A stretch of 24,000 bases of DNA, from the NCBI RefSeq assembly GCF_009834025.1, contig NZ_CP047156.1, forward strand, positions 2,850,067-2,874,066, in the 5' to 3' direction. Origin of the DNA: Epidermidibacterium keratini. GTDB lineage: Bacteria; Actinomycetota; Actinomycetes; Mycobacteriales; Antricoccaceae. The notes beneath the pieces are model-generated. The model saw nothing but the letters and a program-made list of their open reading frames with translations, had not been told where the DNA came from and did not search any database. A program made the position numbers and the translations under genes. Below are positions 1 through 9,178 of this stretch, one piece after another (position 1 is the first letter of the stretch; the number at the start of each line of letters is the position of its first letter).

Positions 1-612
1 GTGCCCGAGCCTCGCCACTACTTCTCGCCCGACCCCGGCGTGGCCAGCGACCCGCGCGAGGTCGACGTACTGCTTGATGATGTGACGCTTACGTTGACCA
101 GCGACGCCGGGGTGTTTTCGCACGGCAAGCTGGACCGGGCGACGCGCATCCTGCTGGAGACCGCGCCGCCGCCTCCGCCGTTGGGGACGTTGCTCGACCT
201 CGGCAGTGGCTATGGGCCGATCGCGCTCACGCTCGCGTCCCGGTCGCCCAACGCGCGGGTGGTGGCGGTCGACGTCAACGAGCGGGCCGTGGAGTTGACA
301 CGGGCCAACGCCGAGCGCAACGGGCTTGCCAACGTGACCGCTTTAAGCCCCGGCGATGCTGATGACATCGCTGATATTGCCGCGATCTACTCCAACCCGC
401 CGATCAGGATCGGCAAGCGGGCGCTGCACGAGCTGTTGCAGCAGTGGCTGCCTCGGCTGGCGCCTGGGGGAGCGGCGTATCTCGTGGTCGGCAAGAACCT
501 CGGCGCTGACTCGCTCGCGTCGTGGCTTCGCGAGCAGGGGTACGACGTACTCCGGCTCGCCTCGCGAGGAAGCTTCCGGGTGCTAGAGGTACGCCGAACG
601 GAGAGCGCATGA
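1..612 (+). CDS. class I SAM-dependent methyltransferase, RsmC/RlmG-like (start may lie upstream of window)
   Basis: ORF with LLDLGSGYGPIALTLA (SAM motif I) and SNPPIRIGK (NPP[FYWI] catalytic motif variant) as in RsmC/MTS-domain enzymes; stop overlaps next start (ATGA). Confidence 0.8.
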   Translation: MPEPRHYFSPDPGVASDPREVDVLLDDVTLTLTSDAGVFSHGKLDRATRILLETAPPPPPLGTLLDLGSGYGPIALTLASRSPNARVVAVDVNERAVELTRANAERNGLANVTALSPGDADDIADIAAIYSNPPIRIGKRALHELLQQWLPRLAPGGAAYLVVGKNLGADSLASWLREQGYDVLRLASRGSFRVLEVRRTESA

Positions 613-1163
613 GCCAGTTACGCGGGACCGAGCTGAAACGGCTGCATCGCGGGTGGAAGCGCTCCGACCCGCCGTCGCTGGCGTTGATCTTGGAGTCGGT
701 CGCATCGCCATGGAACGTCGGCGCGCTGGTGCGGACCGCAGCGGCTCTCGGCGTCGATCAGCTCTATCTAGTTGGCGACACGGCGTCGCCGCGCTCGCCG
801 AAGACGCAGAAGACCGCGCTCGGCACCGACCGCTACCTACGCTGGAGCGAGTACGCCGACGGCCCGGCCGCGATCGCTGCGGCGCAGGCCGATGGCTACT
901 TCGTCGTGGCCGTCGAGCTCGCCAGCGAGGCGGTGCCGATGCATCTGCTGGAGCTGGACCGGCCGGTCGCGTTGCTGCTCGGGCATGAGGACCGCGGCGT
1001 GACGGCAGCGTCACTGGAGGCCGCCGACGCGGTCGGGTTCTTGCCGCAGGTGGGCAAGGTCGGCTCGCTCAACGTCGCGACCGCCGCCTCGATCGCGATG
1101 TACGAGGCGCGCCGCCAGCACTGGGCCGCCCTGCCTGAGCCTCCCAGTCCCGCTGGTTCCTGA
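609..1163 (+). CDS. TrmH/SpoU-family RNA methyltransferase
   Basis: Start ATG 609 overlaps previous stop (ATGA). Protein MSQLRGTELKRLH... with ESVASPWNVGALVRTAAALG, LLLGHEDRGV and SLNVATAASIAMYE, the three SPOUT/TrmH motifs. Confidence 0.85.
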   Translation: MSQLRGTELKRLHRGWKRSDPPSLALILESVASPWNVGALVRTAAALGVDQLYLVGDTASPRSPKTQKTALGTDRYLRWSEYADGPAAIAAAQADGYFVVAVELASEAVPMHLLELDRPVALLLGHEDRGVTAASLEAADAVGFLPQVGKVGSLNVATAASIAMYEARRQHWAALPEPPSPAGS

Positions 1164-1164
1164 G

Positions 1165-1761
1165 ATGCCCACACCCGAGGACATCACGCAGCACCACGAT
1201 GAGCCCGCGGTAGATCCTTGGGTCGGAGCGCCGCCGGTGGCTGAACCCATCGTGATCACTGAGTACGACGCGCGGTGGCCCGCGACGTTCGAGGCGGTTG
1301 AGGCCCGCATCCGAAATGCTCTTGGCAGTAAGGCTTTGCAAATCGAGCATGTCGGCTCGACGTCTGTGCCCGGGCTGGCTGCTAAGCCGGTCATCGACGT
1401 CGACGTGGTTGTCGCGGACTCGGCCCATGAGGCGGCGTACGTCCCGGCGCTCGAAGACTTCGGCTTTGCGCTACGGGTACGCGAGCCACAGTGGCACGAG
1501 CACCGCATGTTGCGCGGCGAAGATCCGCCGGTGAACCTGCACGTTTTTTCACCGGACTGTCCAGAGGTCATCCGCCATGTGATGTTTCGCGATTGGCTGC
1601 GCGAGCACCCTGACGACCGGGCGTCGTACGCCGAGATCAAGCGTGCGGCGGCTGCGGAGACCACAAGCGCAGGTGGCGTCGTGATGGACTACAACCGCCG
1701 CAAAGAGGCGGTCGTGCGCGAGATCTATGACCGGATGTTCACCGCTCACGGCCTGCGGTGA
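1165..1761 (+). CDS. GrpB family protein (nucleotidyltransferase-like)
   Basis: PIVITEYDARWPATFEAVEARI...IEHVGSTSVPGLAAKPVIDVDVVV is the characteristic GrpB/UPF0157 signature. Confidence 0.85.
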   Translation: MPTPEDITQHHDEPAVDPWVGAPPVAEPIVITEYDARWPATFEAVEARIRNALGSKALQIEHVGSTSVPGLAAKPVIDVDVVVADSAHEAAYVPALEDFGFALRVREPQWHEHRMLRGEDPPVNLHVFSPDCPEVIRHVMFRDWLREHPDDRASYAEIKRAAAAETTSAGGVVMDYNRRKEAVVREIYDRMFTAHGLR

Positions 1762-1781
1762 CGCTAGGTGACCCGAGAGGC

Positions 1782-2822
1782 TTACTCGCGGCCGGCGGAG
1801 ATCCAGTCGTCGCTGACGAAGGTCAGGTTGCGCGTGCCGGCGACCTGGTCGGCGACCGCGTCGAGCCGCGCGAGCTGGTCGTCACTGAGCACAAGTGCTG
1901 CGGCACCGGCATTCTCAGTGACCCGTTGCGGGCTGCGCGTGCCGGGAATCGGCACGACCGGCAGTCCCAGTCGGCGGCCCTGAGCGAGCAGCCAGGACAG
2001 CGCAACCTGCGCCGCCGTCGCGTCGCGCTCGGAGGCGACCTGCTCAATGACCGCGACCGCGCGCATGTTGACGTCATAGTTCTCGCCGTCGAAGCGCTCC
2101 TGGCCGGCGCGCACGTCGCTCGCGATCTGCTCGCGGGTCAGCTTGCCGGTCAAAAACCCACGCCCGAGCGGGGAGTAGGGCACGAATCCCACGCCCAGCT
2201 CCACGCACGTCGGCACGACGTTGCGCTCGACATCACGCGACCACAGCGACCACTCGCTTTGCACGGCGGCGATGGGGTGTACGCCGTGCGCCGCCCGCAG
2301 CTCAGGTCCGGTCACCTCGCTGAGTCCGAGATGGCGCACCTTGCCTTCGTCGACCAGCTCAGCCATCGCGCCGACGGTCTCCTCGATCGGTATGTCGAGA
2401 TCGCGGCGGTGCATGTAGTAGAGATCGATCACGTCGGTGCCCAGGCGTCGCAGCGACGCCTCGCACGCCGAGCGCACGTAGTCGCGGTCTCCCTGAGTCG
2501 TCTTTGCGTCTAGCTGCTCGCCGCCGAGCCGGCCGGTGATGCCGAACTTCGTCGCGAGCTGTATGTCGTCACGCCGCGTTGCCAGCAGCCCCGCGAGCAG
2601 CTCCTCGTTGGTGCCCGCCGGGCCGTCGGTGCCGGGCCGCGGCTGCCCGTAGACGTCGGCCGTATCGATGAAGCTCACGCCCACATCAAGGCAGTGCTCC
2701 AGCGTGCGCGGCGCCTGCTCGGGGTCGGTCTCTCCGTACACGTGGCTCAGCGCCATCGCGCCGAAACCGATCGCGCTCACCTCAAAACCAGGGACCAGCT
2801 CGGTCCGCGACATCTCACTCAT
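1782..2822 (-). CDS. aldo/keto reductase
   Basis: GFGAMALSHVYGETD, GVSFIDTADVYG, catalytic-region motifs, PIPGTRSPQRVTENAGA typical of AKR family; overlaps upstream merR stop. Confidence 0.9.
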   Translation of the reverse strand: MSEMSRTELVPGFEVSAIGFGAMALSHVYGETDPEQAPRTLEHCLDVGVSFIDTADVYGQPRPGTDGPAGTNEELLAGLLATRRDDIQLATKFGITGRLGGEQLDAKTTQGDRDYVRSACEASLRRLGTDVIDLYYMHRRDLDIPIEETVGAMAELVDEGKVRHLGLSEVTGPELRAAHGVHPIAAVQSEWSLWSRDVERNVVPTCVELGVGFVPYSPLGRGFLTGKLTREQIASDVRAGQERFDGENYDVNMRAVAVIEQVASERDATAAQVALSWLLAQGRRLGLPVVPIPGTRSPQRVTENAGAAALVLSDDQLARLDAVADQVAGTRNLTFVSDDWISAGRE

Positions 2823-3273
2823 TGTCGTCTTCCTCCATGCTCAGCCGGCGTTGCAGCCGGGCGGTCGCCTCGTCGACAGGGGCACCTTCGCAGTCCAGTC
2901 CGTCGTCGATCAGGCTTCGGTAGTGGGCGATCTTCGCCTCGATGGCATCCAGGTCGGCGAGCATCTCGCGCAGCCGCACGAGCACCTCCTCGCGGTGCTC
3001 GGTCAGCAGCGTCATGCGCTGCCCGTGGCTTACCGCGCCCTCGGCGACGAGCCGCACGAACTCGCGCATCGCCTTCACCGGCATGCCGGTACGGCGCAGC
3101 TTGACCAGCAACTCGACCATCCGGACGGATCGTTCGTCGTACACTCGGCGTCCTGCGCCGTCGCGGGGTACGGCGGGGATCAACCCCTCGGCCTCGTACC
3201 ACCGCAGCGTGTCTTTGCTCAGTCCGGTCTCGCGGGCCAGGTCGGCGATGCGAAGCGTTTCGGTGTCGTCCAT
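2815..3273 (-). CDS. MerR family transcriptional regulator
   Basis: LRIADLARETGLSKDTLRWYEAEGLIPAVPRDGAGRRVYDERSVRMVELLVKLRRTGMPVKAM is a MerR HTH. ATG at 3273 preferred over the TTG at 3306, which lies inside the operator palindrome. Confidence 0.9.
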   Translation of the reverse strand: MDDTETLRIADLARETGLSKDTLRWYEAEGLIPAVPRDGAGRRVYDERSVRMVELLVKLRRTGMPVKAMREFVRLVAEGAVSHGQRMTLLTEHREEVLVRLREMLADLDAIEAKIAHYRSLIDDGLDCEGAPVDEATARLQRRLSMEEDDNE

Positions 3274-3280
3274 GCGCTCA

Positions 3281-3311
3281 ACGCTAGGACTTGGAGTGCA
3301 CTCCAACGCAA
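3281..3311 (-). promoter_or_regulatory. MerR-type promoter/operator: -35 TTGCGT, 19-nt spacer, -10 TAGCGT, with 16-bp palindrome TTGGAGTGCACTCCAA (3291-3306)
   Basis: Perfect palindrome lies between a -35-like and -10-like element separated by 19 nt, the classical MerR promoter geometry; -10 is 7 nt before the merR ATG. Confidence 0.75.
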
Positions 3312-3339
3312 ATCAGCGCAGGTGCGATCTAGGCCACAC

Positions 3340-4893
3340 TCAGTTCCAGGTGGTCAGCCACATGCGCAACGCACGCTCGGCTTCGGTCAGCGGCGTGCCG
3401 TTGAGCACCGGCAGGAAGAAGCCGAACAGCACGATCACCAGCGCAAGGTAGATCGCCACGGCTCCGGCGCCGATCTGGCGTCGCTCGCGGGAGTCGCTCG
3501 GCTTGCCGAGCACGTCTTGCAGCGCAAGGCAGACCGCGATGATGAAGAACGGCACGACCGGCGCCATGTAGAACATGAACATCGTGCGCTCGGTGTCGAT
3601 GAACCACACGACCCACCCGGCGACGATGCCCGCGATCGCAGCGCCGGCCACCCAGTCGCGCCGGCTCAGTAGCCGCCAGATCGCCCACAGCAGCGCCGGA
3701 GCAAACGCCCACCACAGCGCCGGAGTGCCGATCATCGTGATCGTGCGGGTGAGGTTCTGACCGGCCTCGACGTACTGGTCGTTGACCATCAGCACCGGGC
3801 GCCCGCCGACGATCCACGACCAGGGGTGGGAGTCCCACGGGTGCGGGCTGGTCAGCGTCGTGTGGAAGCCCCACCACTCGACGTGCATGTGCCACAGCGC
3901 GCGGATCGCCTCGGGAATCCACGGCCACGCGGTGTCCCGGCCTTCGGCCCAGTGCCGTCCTTGCGCGGTTTCCCCGGCGTACCAGCCAATCCAGCTCACC
4001 AGGTAGGTCAGGATCGGGACGATGCCCAGGTCCCAGAACGCGGTCGGCAGCGAGCGGCGCAAGGCCACGAGGTACGGCGCCCGCAGTCCGACCAGGCGAT
4101 AGGCACCGACGTCCCACCACACGCACAGGATTGCAAATATGGCCAGGAAGTAGAGCCCGCTCCACTTGACCGAGCAGGCAAGCCCGAACGTGATGCCGGC
4201 GGCCAGGCGCCACCATCGAAATCCCAGACGCGGACCCCAGCGACCCCAGTGCTCGGAGCCGGCCGAGTACGCCGCCGCGAGGCGGGCGCGGAACTGGTCG
4301 CGGTCCAGCACCAGGAAGACGAAGCCGAGCAGCACCCAGAACTGCAGGTAGATGTCCAAGATCCCGGTGCGGCTGAGGGCAAACGAGAACCCATCGGCGG
4401 CAAGCAGGATCCCGGCGGCGAGTCCGATAAAGCTGGAGCGGGTGAGGCGGCGTACGACGAACATCAGCAGCAGGATCGCGCCGACCCCCATCGTGACGCC
4501 GGCGATCCGCCAGCCAAACGGCGTGTAGCCAAACAGCCACTCGCCGATCGCCAGGTTCCACTTGCCGAACGGCGGGTGGACGATGAAGTAGTAGGCGCGG
4601 TTTTCCTCGAAGCCGTAGCGCAGCATCTGCTCGGCCTCGGGCACGTAGTAGGCCTCATCGAAGACCAGCCGATCCGGCCAGCTTAGGTTGAGCATCCGCA
4701 CCAGGGCGGCGGCGCCGGCGATCAACACCGCGAACGCCCACATCAGCATGCTGTCGCGCGGCATCGGCGGGTTGAGGCGACGTACGACGGCTTCGCGTCG
4801 ACGCTGCTCCGCCTCGAGGACCGCATCGTCGGCGGGCTCGACCTCGGCGGGCTCGTCGCGCAAGGTGACTGCCGTGTCGTCCTTTACCGTCAC
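3340..4893 (-). CDS. dolichyl-phosphate-mannose--protein mannosyltransferase (Pmt, GT39)
   Basis: LVFDEAYYVPEAEQMLRYG, NRAYYFIVHPPFGKWNLAIGEWLFG, HPWDSHPWSWIVGGRPVLM, multiple TM segments as in actinobacterial Pmt (Rv1002c-like). Start GTG 4893 preceded by GGGGGA. Confidence 0.88.
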   Translation of the reverse strand: MTVKDDTAVTLRDEPAEVEPADDAVLEAEQRRREAVVRRLNPPMPRDSMLMWAFAVLIAGAAALVRMLNLSWPDRLVFDEAYYVPEAEQMLRYGFEENRAYYFIVHPPFGKWNLAIGEWLFGYTPFGWRIAGVTMGVGAILLLMFVVRRLTRSSFIGLAAGILLAADGFSFALSRTGILDIYLQFWVLLGFVFLVLDRDQFRARLAAAYSAGSEHWGRWGPRLGFRWWRLAAGITFGLACSVKWSGLYFLAIFAILCVWWDVGAYRLVGLRAPYLVALRRSLPTAFWDLGIVPILTYLVSWIGWYAGETAQGRHWAEGRDTAWPWIPEAIRALWHMHVEWWGFHTTLTSPHPWDSHPWSWIVGGRPVLMVNDQYVEAGQNLTRTITMIGTPALWWAFAPALLWAIWRLLSRRDWVAGAAIAGIVAGWVVWFIDTERTMFMFYMAPVVPFFIIAVCLALQDVLGKPSDSRERRQIGAGAVAIYLALVIVLFGFFLPVLNGTPLTEAERALRMWLTTWN

Positions 4894-4956
4894 ACTTCCC
4901 CCGTGCGCGCATGGCAGGTGGTCGGGCAGGTCATTGCTCGATCGTAGGCTGAGGCG

Positions 4957-5850
4957 GTGAGCGAGCGAGAACGTGACCAGGAGATCGGCGCGGCGGGTGC
5001 GACGAGTGCGCCGTGGCCGGTGCCCGCGGGGACGCTGGTGCTGGCCGGTACGCCGCTGGGCAACCCCGGCGATGCGACCGACCGGCTGCGCTCCGCAATC
5101 GCTGACGCCGACGTGATCGCCGCGGAGGACACCCGGCGCCTCGGTCGGCTCGCCCGCGACCTCGGCGTGCGCTACGAAGGCCGCATCGTGTCCTACTACG
5201 AGCAAAACGAGGCCGACCGCACCCCCGAGCTGGTTGCTGCCCTGCGCGGCGGTTCCTCGGTGCTGCTGGTGACCGACGCCGGCATGCCGTCGGTGTCCGA
5301 CCCCGGATATCGCCTGGTCACCGCCGCGATCGAGGCGGGCGTGCCGGTGACCTGCCTGCCCGGACCGTCGGCGGTGACCGTCGCGTTAGCGCTCAGCGGG
5401 CTGCCCAGCGACCGGTTCTGCTTCGAGGGGTTCCTCGCGCGCAAACCGGGGGAGCGAGCCCGTCAGCTCGCCGAGCTCGCCACCGAACGCCGCACGATGG
5501 TCTTCTTCGAGGCGCCGCACCGGATCGCCGCGATGCTGGCCGCCGCCAGCGACGCCTTCGGCCCCGAGCGGCAAGCTGCGGTGTGCCGCGAGCTCACCAA
5601 GACCTATGAGGAGGTACGCCGCGGGACGCTTGACGAATTGCGCGAGTGGGCCGAGGGGGAGGTGCGCGGCGAGCTGACGATCGTGGTCGAAGGTGCCGCT
5701 CGGGTCGCGACCGCGTACTCCGATGACGAGCTGCGCGCCCTCGTGCAGGCCGAGGTCGACCGCGGCGCGCGCAAGTCCGATGCCGTGCGGCTGGTTGCCA
5801 CGACCACCGACCAGCCGCGCCGCCGGGTCTACGACGCCTATCACCGCTGA
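4957..5850 (+). CDS. rsmI: 16S rRNA (cytidine(1402)-2'-O)-methyltransferase
   Basis: LVLAGTPLGNPGDATDRLR, ADVIAAEDTRR, LVTDAGMPSVSDPGYRLV, CLPGPSAVTVALALSGLP: canonical RsmI motifs; divergent from pmt. Confidence 0.95.
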   Translation: MSERERDQEIGAAGATSAPWPVPAGTLVLAGTPLGNPGDATDRLRSAIADADVIAAEDTRRLGRLARDLGVRYEGRIVSYYEQNEADRTPELVAALRGGSSVLLVTDAGMPSVSDPGYRLVTAAIEAGVPVTCLPGPSAVTVALALSGLPSDRFCFEGFLARKPGERARQLAELATERRTMVFFEAPHRIAAMLAAASDAFGPERQAAVCRELTKTYEEVRRGTLDELREWAEGEVRGELTIVVEGAARVATAYSDDELRALVQAEVDRGARKSDAVRLVATTTDQPRRRVYDAYHR

Positions 5851-7193
5851 GTCGGGATCCGCGTCGCGACGATGATGCCGATCGCGATGATCGCGCTGAT
5901 CCCGGCAAAGCCGACCGCGGCGGGGCTCTGAGTGCTCGCGGTCAGGCTGACGAGTACGGCGAGCCCGATCGCGCCGCCGAGCTGCTGACCGGTGGTCGCG
6001 ATCCCGCCGACCGTGCCTTGCTCGTCATCGGCCGCGCCGGTCGATGCGGTCGCAAACATCGCGGTGAAGGTGATGCCCTGTCCGACGCTGAAGACGAACG
6101 CCAGCGCCAGCAATGCGATCCAGCCGATCGAGTCGGTCAGCGTGAGCGCGAGGACGAGGGTCCCGACGAGCCCGATGCCCTGACCGACGAGCATCGCGCG
6201 GCGCAGGCTCGATGTCGCAAGGCGGCCGCCGACCTGGGTGCCGATCAACACCGCCACGCACGGGACGACAAACGCAAGTCCCGTCTGCATCGCGCTGAGC
6301 CCGCGCACGTTTTGCAGATAGAGCGTCAGGAAGTAGGCGCTGGCCCCGAACCCGGCCATGAACAAGAAGGTCGAGGCGGTGCCGGTGGCCAGGTAGCGGT
6401 TGGTGAACCGGCGCAGGTCAAAGATCGGGTGGGCGGTTCGCCGCTCGACCGCGAGCAGCACGACGACAGCGACGACGAAGGCAGCAAGCGTGCCGATGGT
6501 CGCGGCGCTCGCCCAACCGTCCTGCGCGGCGAGGGTCAGGCCCAGGACGGCGAGTACGGCGCTCGCCGTTGTCAGCACCGCGCCCGGCAGGTCGAGGCGC
6601 TGCGGGGCCGGCCGCGGGTCGCGTGGGATGGAGGCCACTGCGAGCGCGATGACAACGGCGGCGAGCGGCAGGTTGACCAGGAAGACCGCGCGCCAGCCCC
6701 ATACGTCGGCGAGGACGCCGCCGAGGATCGAGCCGAGCACCATGCCGGACGAGCCGGCGGCACCCCAAATCCCGAGCGCGCGGTTGCGCTCGCGGCCTTC
6801 GGCAAAGGTCGCGCCGATCAGTGCCAGCGTCGCCGGGGCGAGCGTGGCGCCGCCGAGCCCCTAGATCGCGCGGCCACCGATGAGCATCGCTTCGTTGGCC
6901 GCGAGCCCGCCGATCACCGACCCGACGGCGTACAACGATGCTCCGGTCAGGAACATCCGGCGGCGACCCAGGTAGTCGACGAGCCGCCCGCCCAGCAGCA
7001 GGAAACCGCCGAAGCCGATCGCGTAGCTGCTGATCACCCACTGCAGCGCCGCGTCGCTAAAGCCGAGCTGCTGAATCTGCGGAAGGGCGACAAACACGAT
7101 GTTGTAGTCGATGCCGATCAGCATCTGGGCTAGGGCCACAGAGGCGAGCAGTACGCCGGTGTGCCGCACTGCAGCCGCGTGGGTGGTAGGCAT
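5841..7193 (-). pseudogene. MFS drug exporter (DHA2/EmrB-like) interrupted by one in-frame TAG at 6861-6863
   Basis: ORFs 7193..6861 and 6743..5841 are in the same frame. The stop falls at GRAI*GLGGATLAPATLALI, where the family has GRA[LI]QGLGGA; TAG differs from CAG (Gln) by one base. Confidence 0.8.
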
Positions 7194-7209
7194 CAGCCAT
7201 CTCCAAGTA

Positions 7210-7250
7210 GTCCGAGTTTGAATATTACAAGTTCGGACAATAACAAGTCG
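7210..7250. promoter_or_regulatory. candidate MarR operator region between MFS and marR genes
   Basis: Inverted repeat GTCCGA(17 nt)TCGGAC at 7210-7238 with inner TTG(7 nt)CAA symmetry, followed by repeat AACAAGTCGGAG; lies in the divergent intergenic region. Confidence 0.6.
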
Positions 7251-7275
7251 GAGTATCTGTGGCTAGACTTGGGGC

Positions 7276-7734
7276 GTGGTGAAGTCTGAGGAATCTGCCG
7301 TCGACCTGGTGAGCCAGCAGGAGCTGTGCGGGCTGTTGGCGCGGCTTAACCAGCGCCTGGATCACCATGTGCGGCGGGTGGGAGAGCAGCTCGGAATTAC
7401 CAGCTCTCAGGTGGTCGCGTTGCGCGAGCTGTCCGAGCCGATGAAGCTCACCGAGCTGGCGACGCGGATGGCTTGTGAGACCTCCAACGCCGGCTATGTC
7501 GTCGACCGGATGACCGAGCAGGACCTCGTGACGCGTACGCCGCATCCGTCGGATCGGCGTGCGAAGATCCTCACCCTCACCAAAGCGGGGCAGCAGTGCC
7601 GAGCCAACGTGCTGGCCGCTCTGCAGCAGAACTCGCCGACCGCGGTGCTCAGCGCGAGCGACGCCGCGCAGCTGCGCGACCTGCTCGGCCGTGCAGTCGA
7701 CTCCGAGGCAGCAATCGGCTCCGCGAACGAATAG
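7276..7734 (+). CDS. MarR family transcriptional regulator
   Basis: LGITSSQVVALRELSEPMKLTELATRMACETSNAGYVVDRMTEQDLVTRTPHPSDRRAKILTLTKAG is a MarR winged-helix with DxRxx wing. Confidence 0.9.
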   Translation: MVKSEESAVDLVSQQELCGLLARLNQRLDHHVRRVGEQLGITSSQVVALRELSEPMKLTELATRMACETSNAGYVVDRMTEQDLVTRTPHPSDRRAKILTLTKAGQQCRANVLAALQQNSPTAVLSASDAAQLRDLLGRAVDSEAAIGSANE

Positions 7735-7772
7735 GAGCGAAAGTCGTTGTGCTCAACGACTTTCGCTCCTAT
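7731..7772. terminator. bidirectional terminator hairpin, 19-bp perfect stem, TGCT loop
   Basis: ATAGGAGCGAAAGTCGTTG - tgct - CAACGACTTTCGCTCCTAT between convergent marR and symporter genes; includes the marR stop codon. Confidence 0.85.
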
Positions 7773-7788
7773 CTAAGCGATGTGTGCC

Positions 7789-9129
7789 TTAGGCGGTAGC
7801 AGGTGCGGCGAGCGCGGGTTCGCGTTCCTCGCCGAACGGATCCGCCGAGCGGGTGCTCTCGAAGACGTCTTTGTCCAGGATGCCCTCACGCTTGGCGACG
7901 ATGGTCGGCACGAGAGCCTGCCCGGCGACGTTGACCGCCGTACGGCCCATGTCCAGGATCGGGTCGACCGCGAGCAGCAGGCCGACACCGGCCAGCGGCA
8001 GGCCGAGCGTTGACAGCGTCAGCGTCAGCATCACGACCGCGCCGGTCACGCCCGCGGTCGCGGCCGAGCCGACGACCGAGACGAGTGCGATCAGCAGGTA
8101 GTCGCCGATACCGAGGTCGATCCCGAAGAACTGCGCCACGAAGATCGCCGACAGGGCAGGATAAATCGCCGCGCAACCGTCCATCTTGGTGGTGGCGCCA
8201 AGGGGCACGGCGAAGCTCGCGTACTCGCGGGGTACGCCGAGGTTCGTCGTCGTCACCCGCTCGGTGACCGGCAGCGTGCCGATCGAGGAGCGCGAGACGA
8301 AACCGAGCTGGATCGCCGGCCATGCGCCCGCGAACCAGCGGCGTACTGACAGCCCGTTGAGCTTCAGCAGCACCGGGTAGACGACGAAGAGCACCAGCAG
8401 CAGGCCGGCATACACCGCGGCGACGAAGACGCCGAGCGATGAAAGAGATTCCCAGCCATAGCTGGCAACCGCGTTGCCGATCAGGCCGAGCGTGCCGATC
8501 GGGGCGAGCAGGATGATCCACCACAGGACCTTCTGCACGATCGCCAGCAGCGAGGCATTGAAGGCCAGGAACGGCTCGGCGGCCTTGCCGACCTTAAGCG
8601 CGGCGATGCCGATCGCCAGCGAGATCACCAGCAGCTGCAGCACGTTAAAGGAGAGTCCCACGCCCTCATCGGAGGCTGATGCCTCTAGCCCGAGGATGTT
8701 GCCCGGCACCAGCCCGAGCAGGAAGTCCCACCAGGAGCCCTGGGTGGAGACCGCGCTCGCAGCCGACTCGTCGACCGAGGTGTGCAGGCCCGGATTGGTG
8801 GTCAGGCCGAGGACAAGGCCGATGCTCACCGCGATCGCTGCGGTGATGGCAAACCACAGCAGCGTCTGACCGGCCAGGCGTGCGGCGTTCGAGACCTTGC
8901 GCAGGTTGGCGATGGAGGCAATGACCGCGGTGACGATCAGCGGGATGACGATGACCCGCAGCAGCGCGACGAAGGTGCTGCCGATGGTGTCGAGGGTTGA
9001 GGTGAGCCAGTTGGGCTCGCCGTCGCCGACGGTGCCCATCGAGCGAGCGAGCAGGCCGAGCCCGACGCCGATGATGAGGGCGAGGAAGATCTGTGCCGCA
9101 AACGGCACTTTGCGCAAGGCGCGAAGCAT
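7789..9129 (-). CDS. dicarboxylate/amino acid:cation symporter (DAACS family), possible cystine transporter
   Basis: ALLRVIVIPLIVTAVIASIANL, SRSSIGTLPVTERV, SFAVPLGATTKMDGCAAIYPA, VDPILDMGRTAVNVAGQ match DAACS/glutamate-symporter signatures. Confidence 0.85.
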   Translation of the reverse strand: MLRALRKVPFAAQIFLALIIGVGLGLLARSMGTVGDGEPNWLTSTLDTIGSTFVALLRVIVIPLIVTAVIASIANLRKVSNAARLAGQTLLWFAITAAIAVSIGLVLGLTTNPGLHTSVDESAASAVSTQGSWWDFLLGLVPGNILGLEASASDEGVGLSFNVLQLLVISLAIGIAALKVGKAAEPFLAFNASLLAIVQKVLWWIILLAPIGTLGLIGNAVASYGWESLSSLGVFVAAVYAGLLLVLFVVYPVLLKLNGLSVRRWFAGAWPAIQLGFVSRSSIGTLPVTERVTTTNLGVPREYASFAVPLGATTKMDGCAAIYPALSAIFVAQFFGIDLGIGDYLLIALVSVVGSAATAGVTGAVVMLTLTLSTLGLPLAGVGLLLAVDPILDMGRTAVNVAGQALVPTIVAKREGILDKDVFESTRSADPFGEEREPALAAPATA

Positions 9130-9178
9130 GGAGGAACCTTTCGGAAAAGACTGAGACGGGCTGGAGGTACGCCGGTCG

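Noticed and set aside
3274-3306. Upstream TTG start for merR as given in the ORF track (MECTPSPSVERMDD...)
   Set aside because: That extension lies in the operator/-10 region, and MerR proteins normally begin a few residues before the HTH; ATG 3273 fits better.
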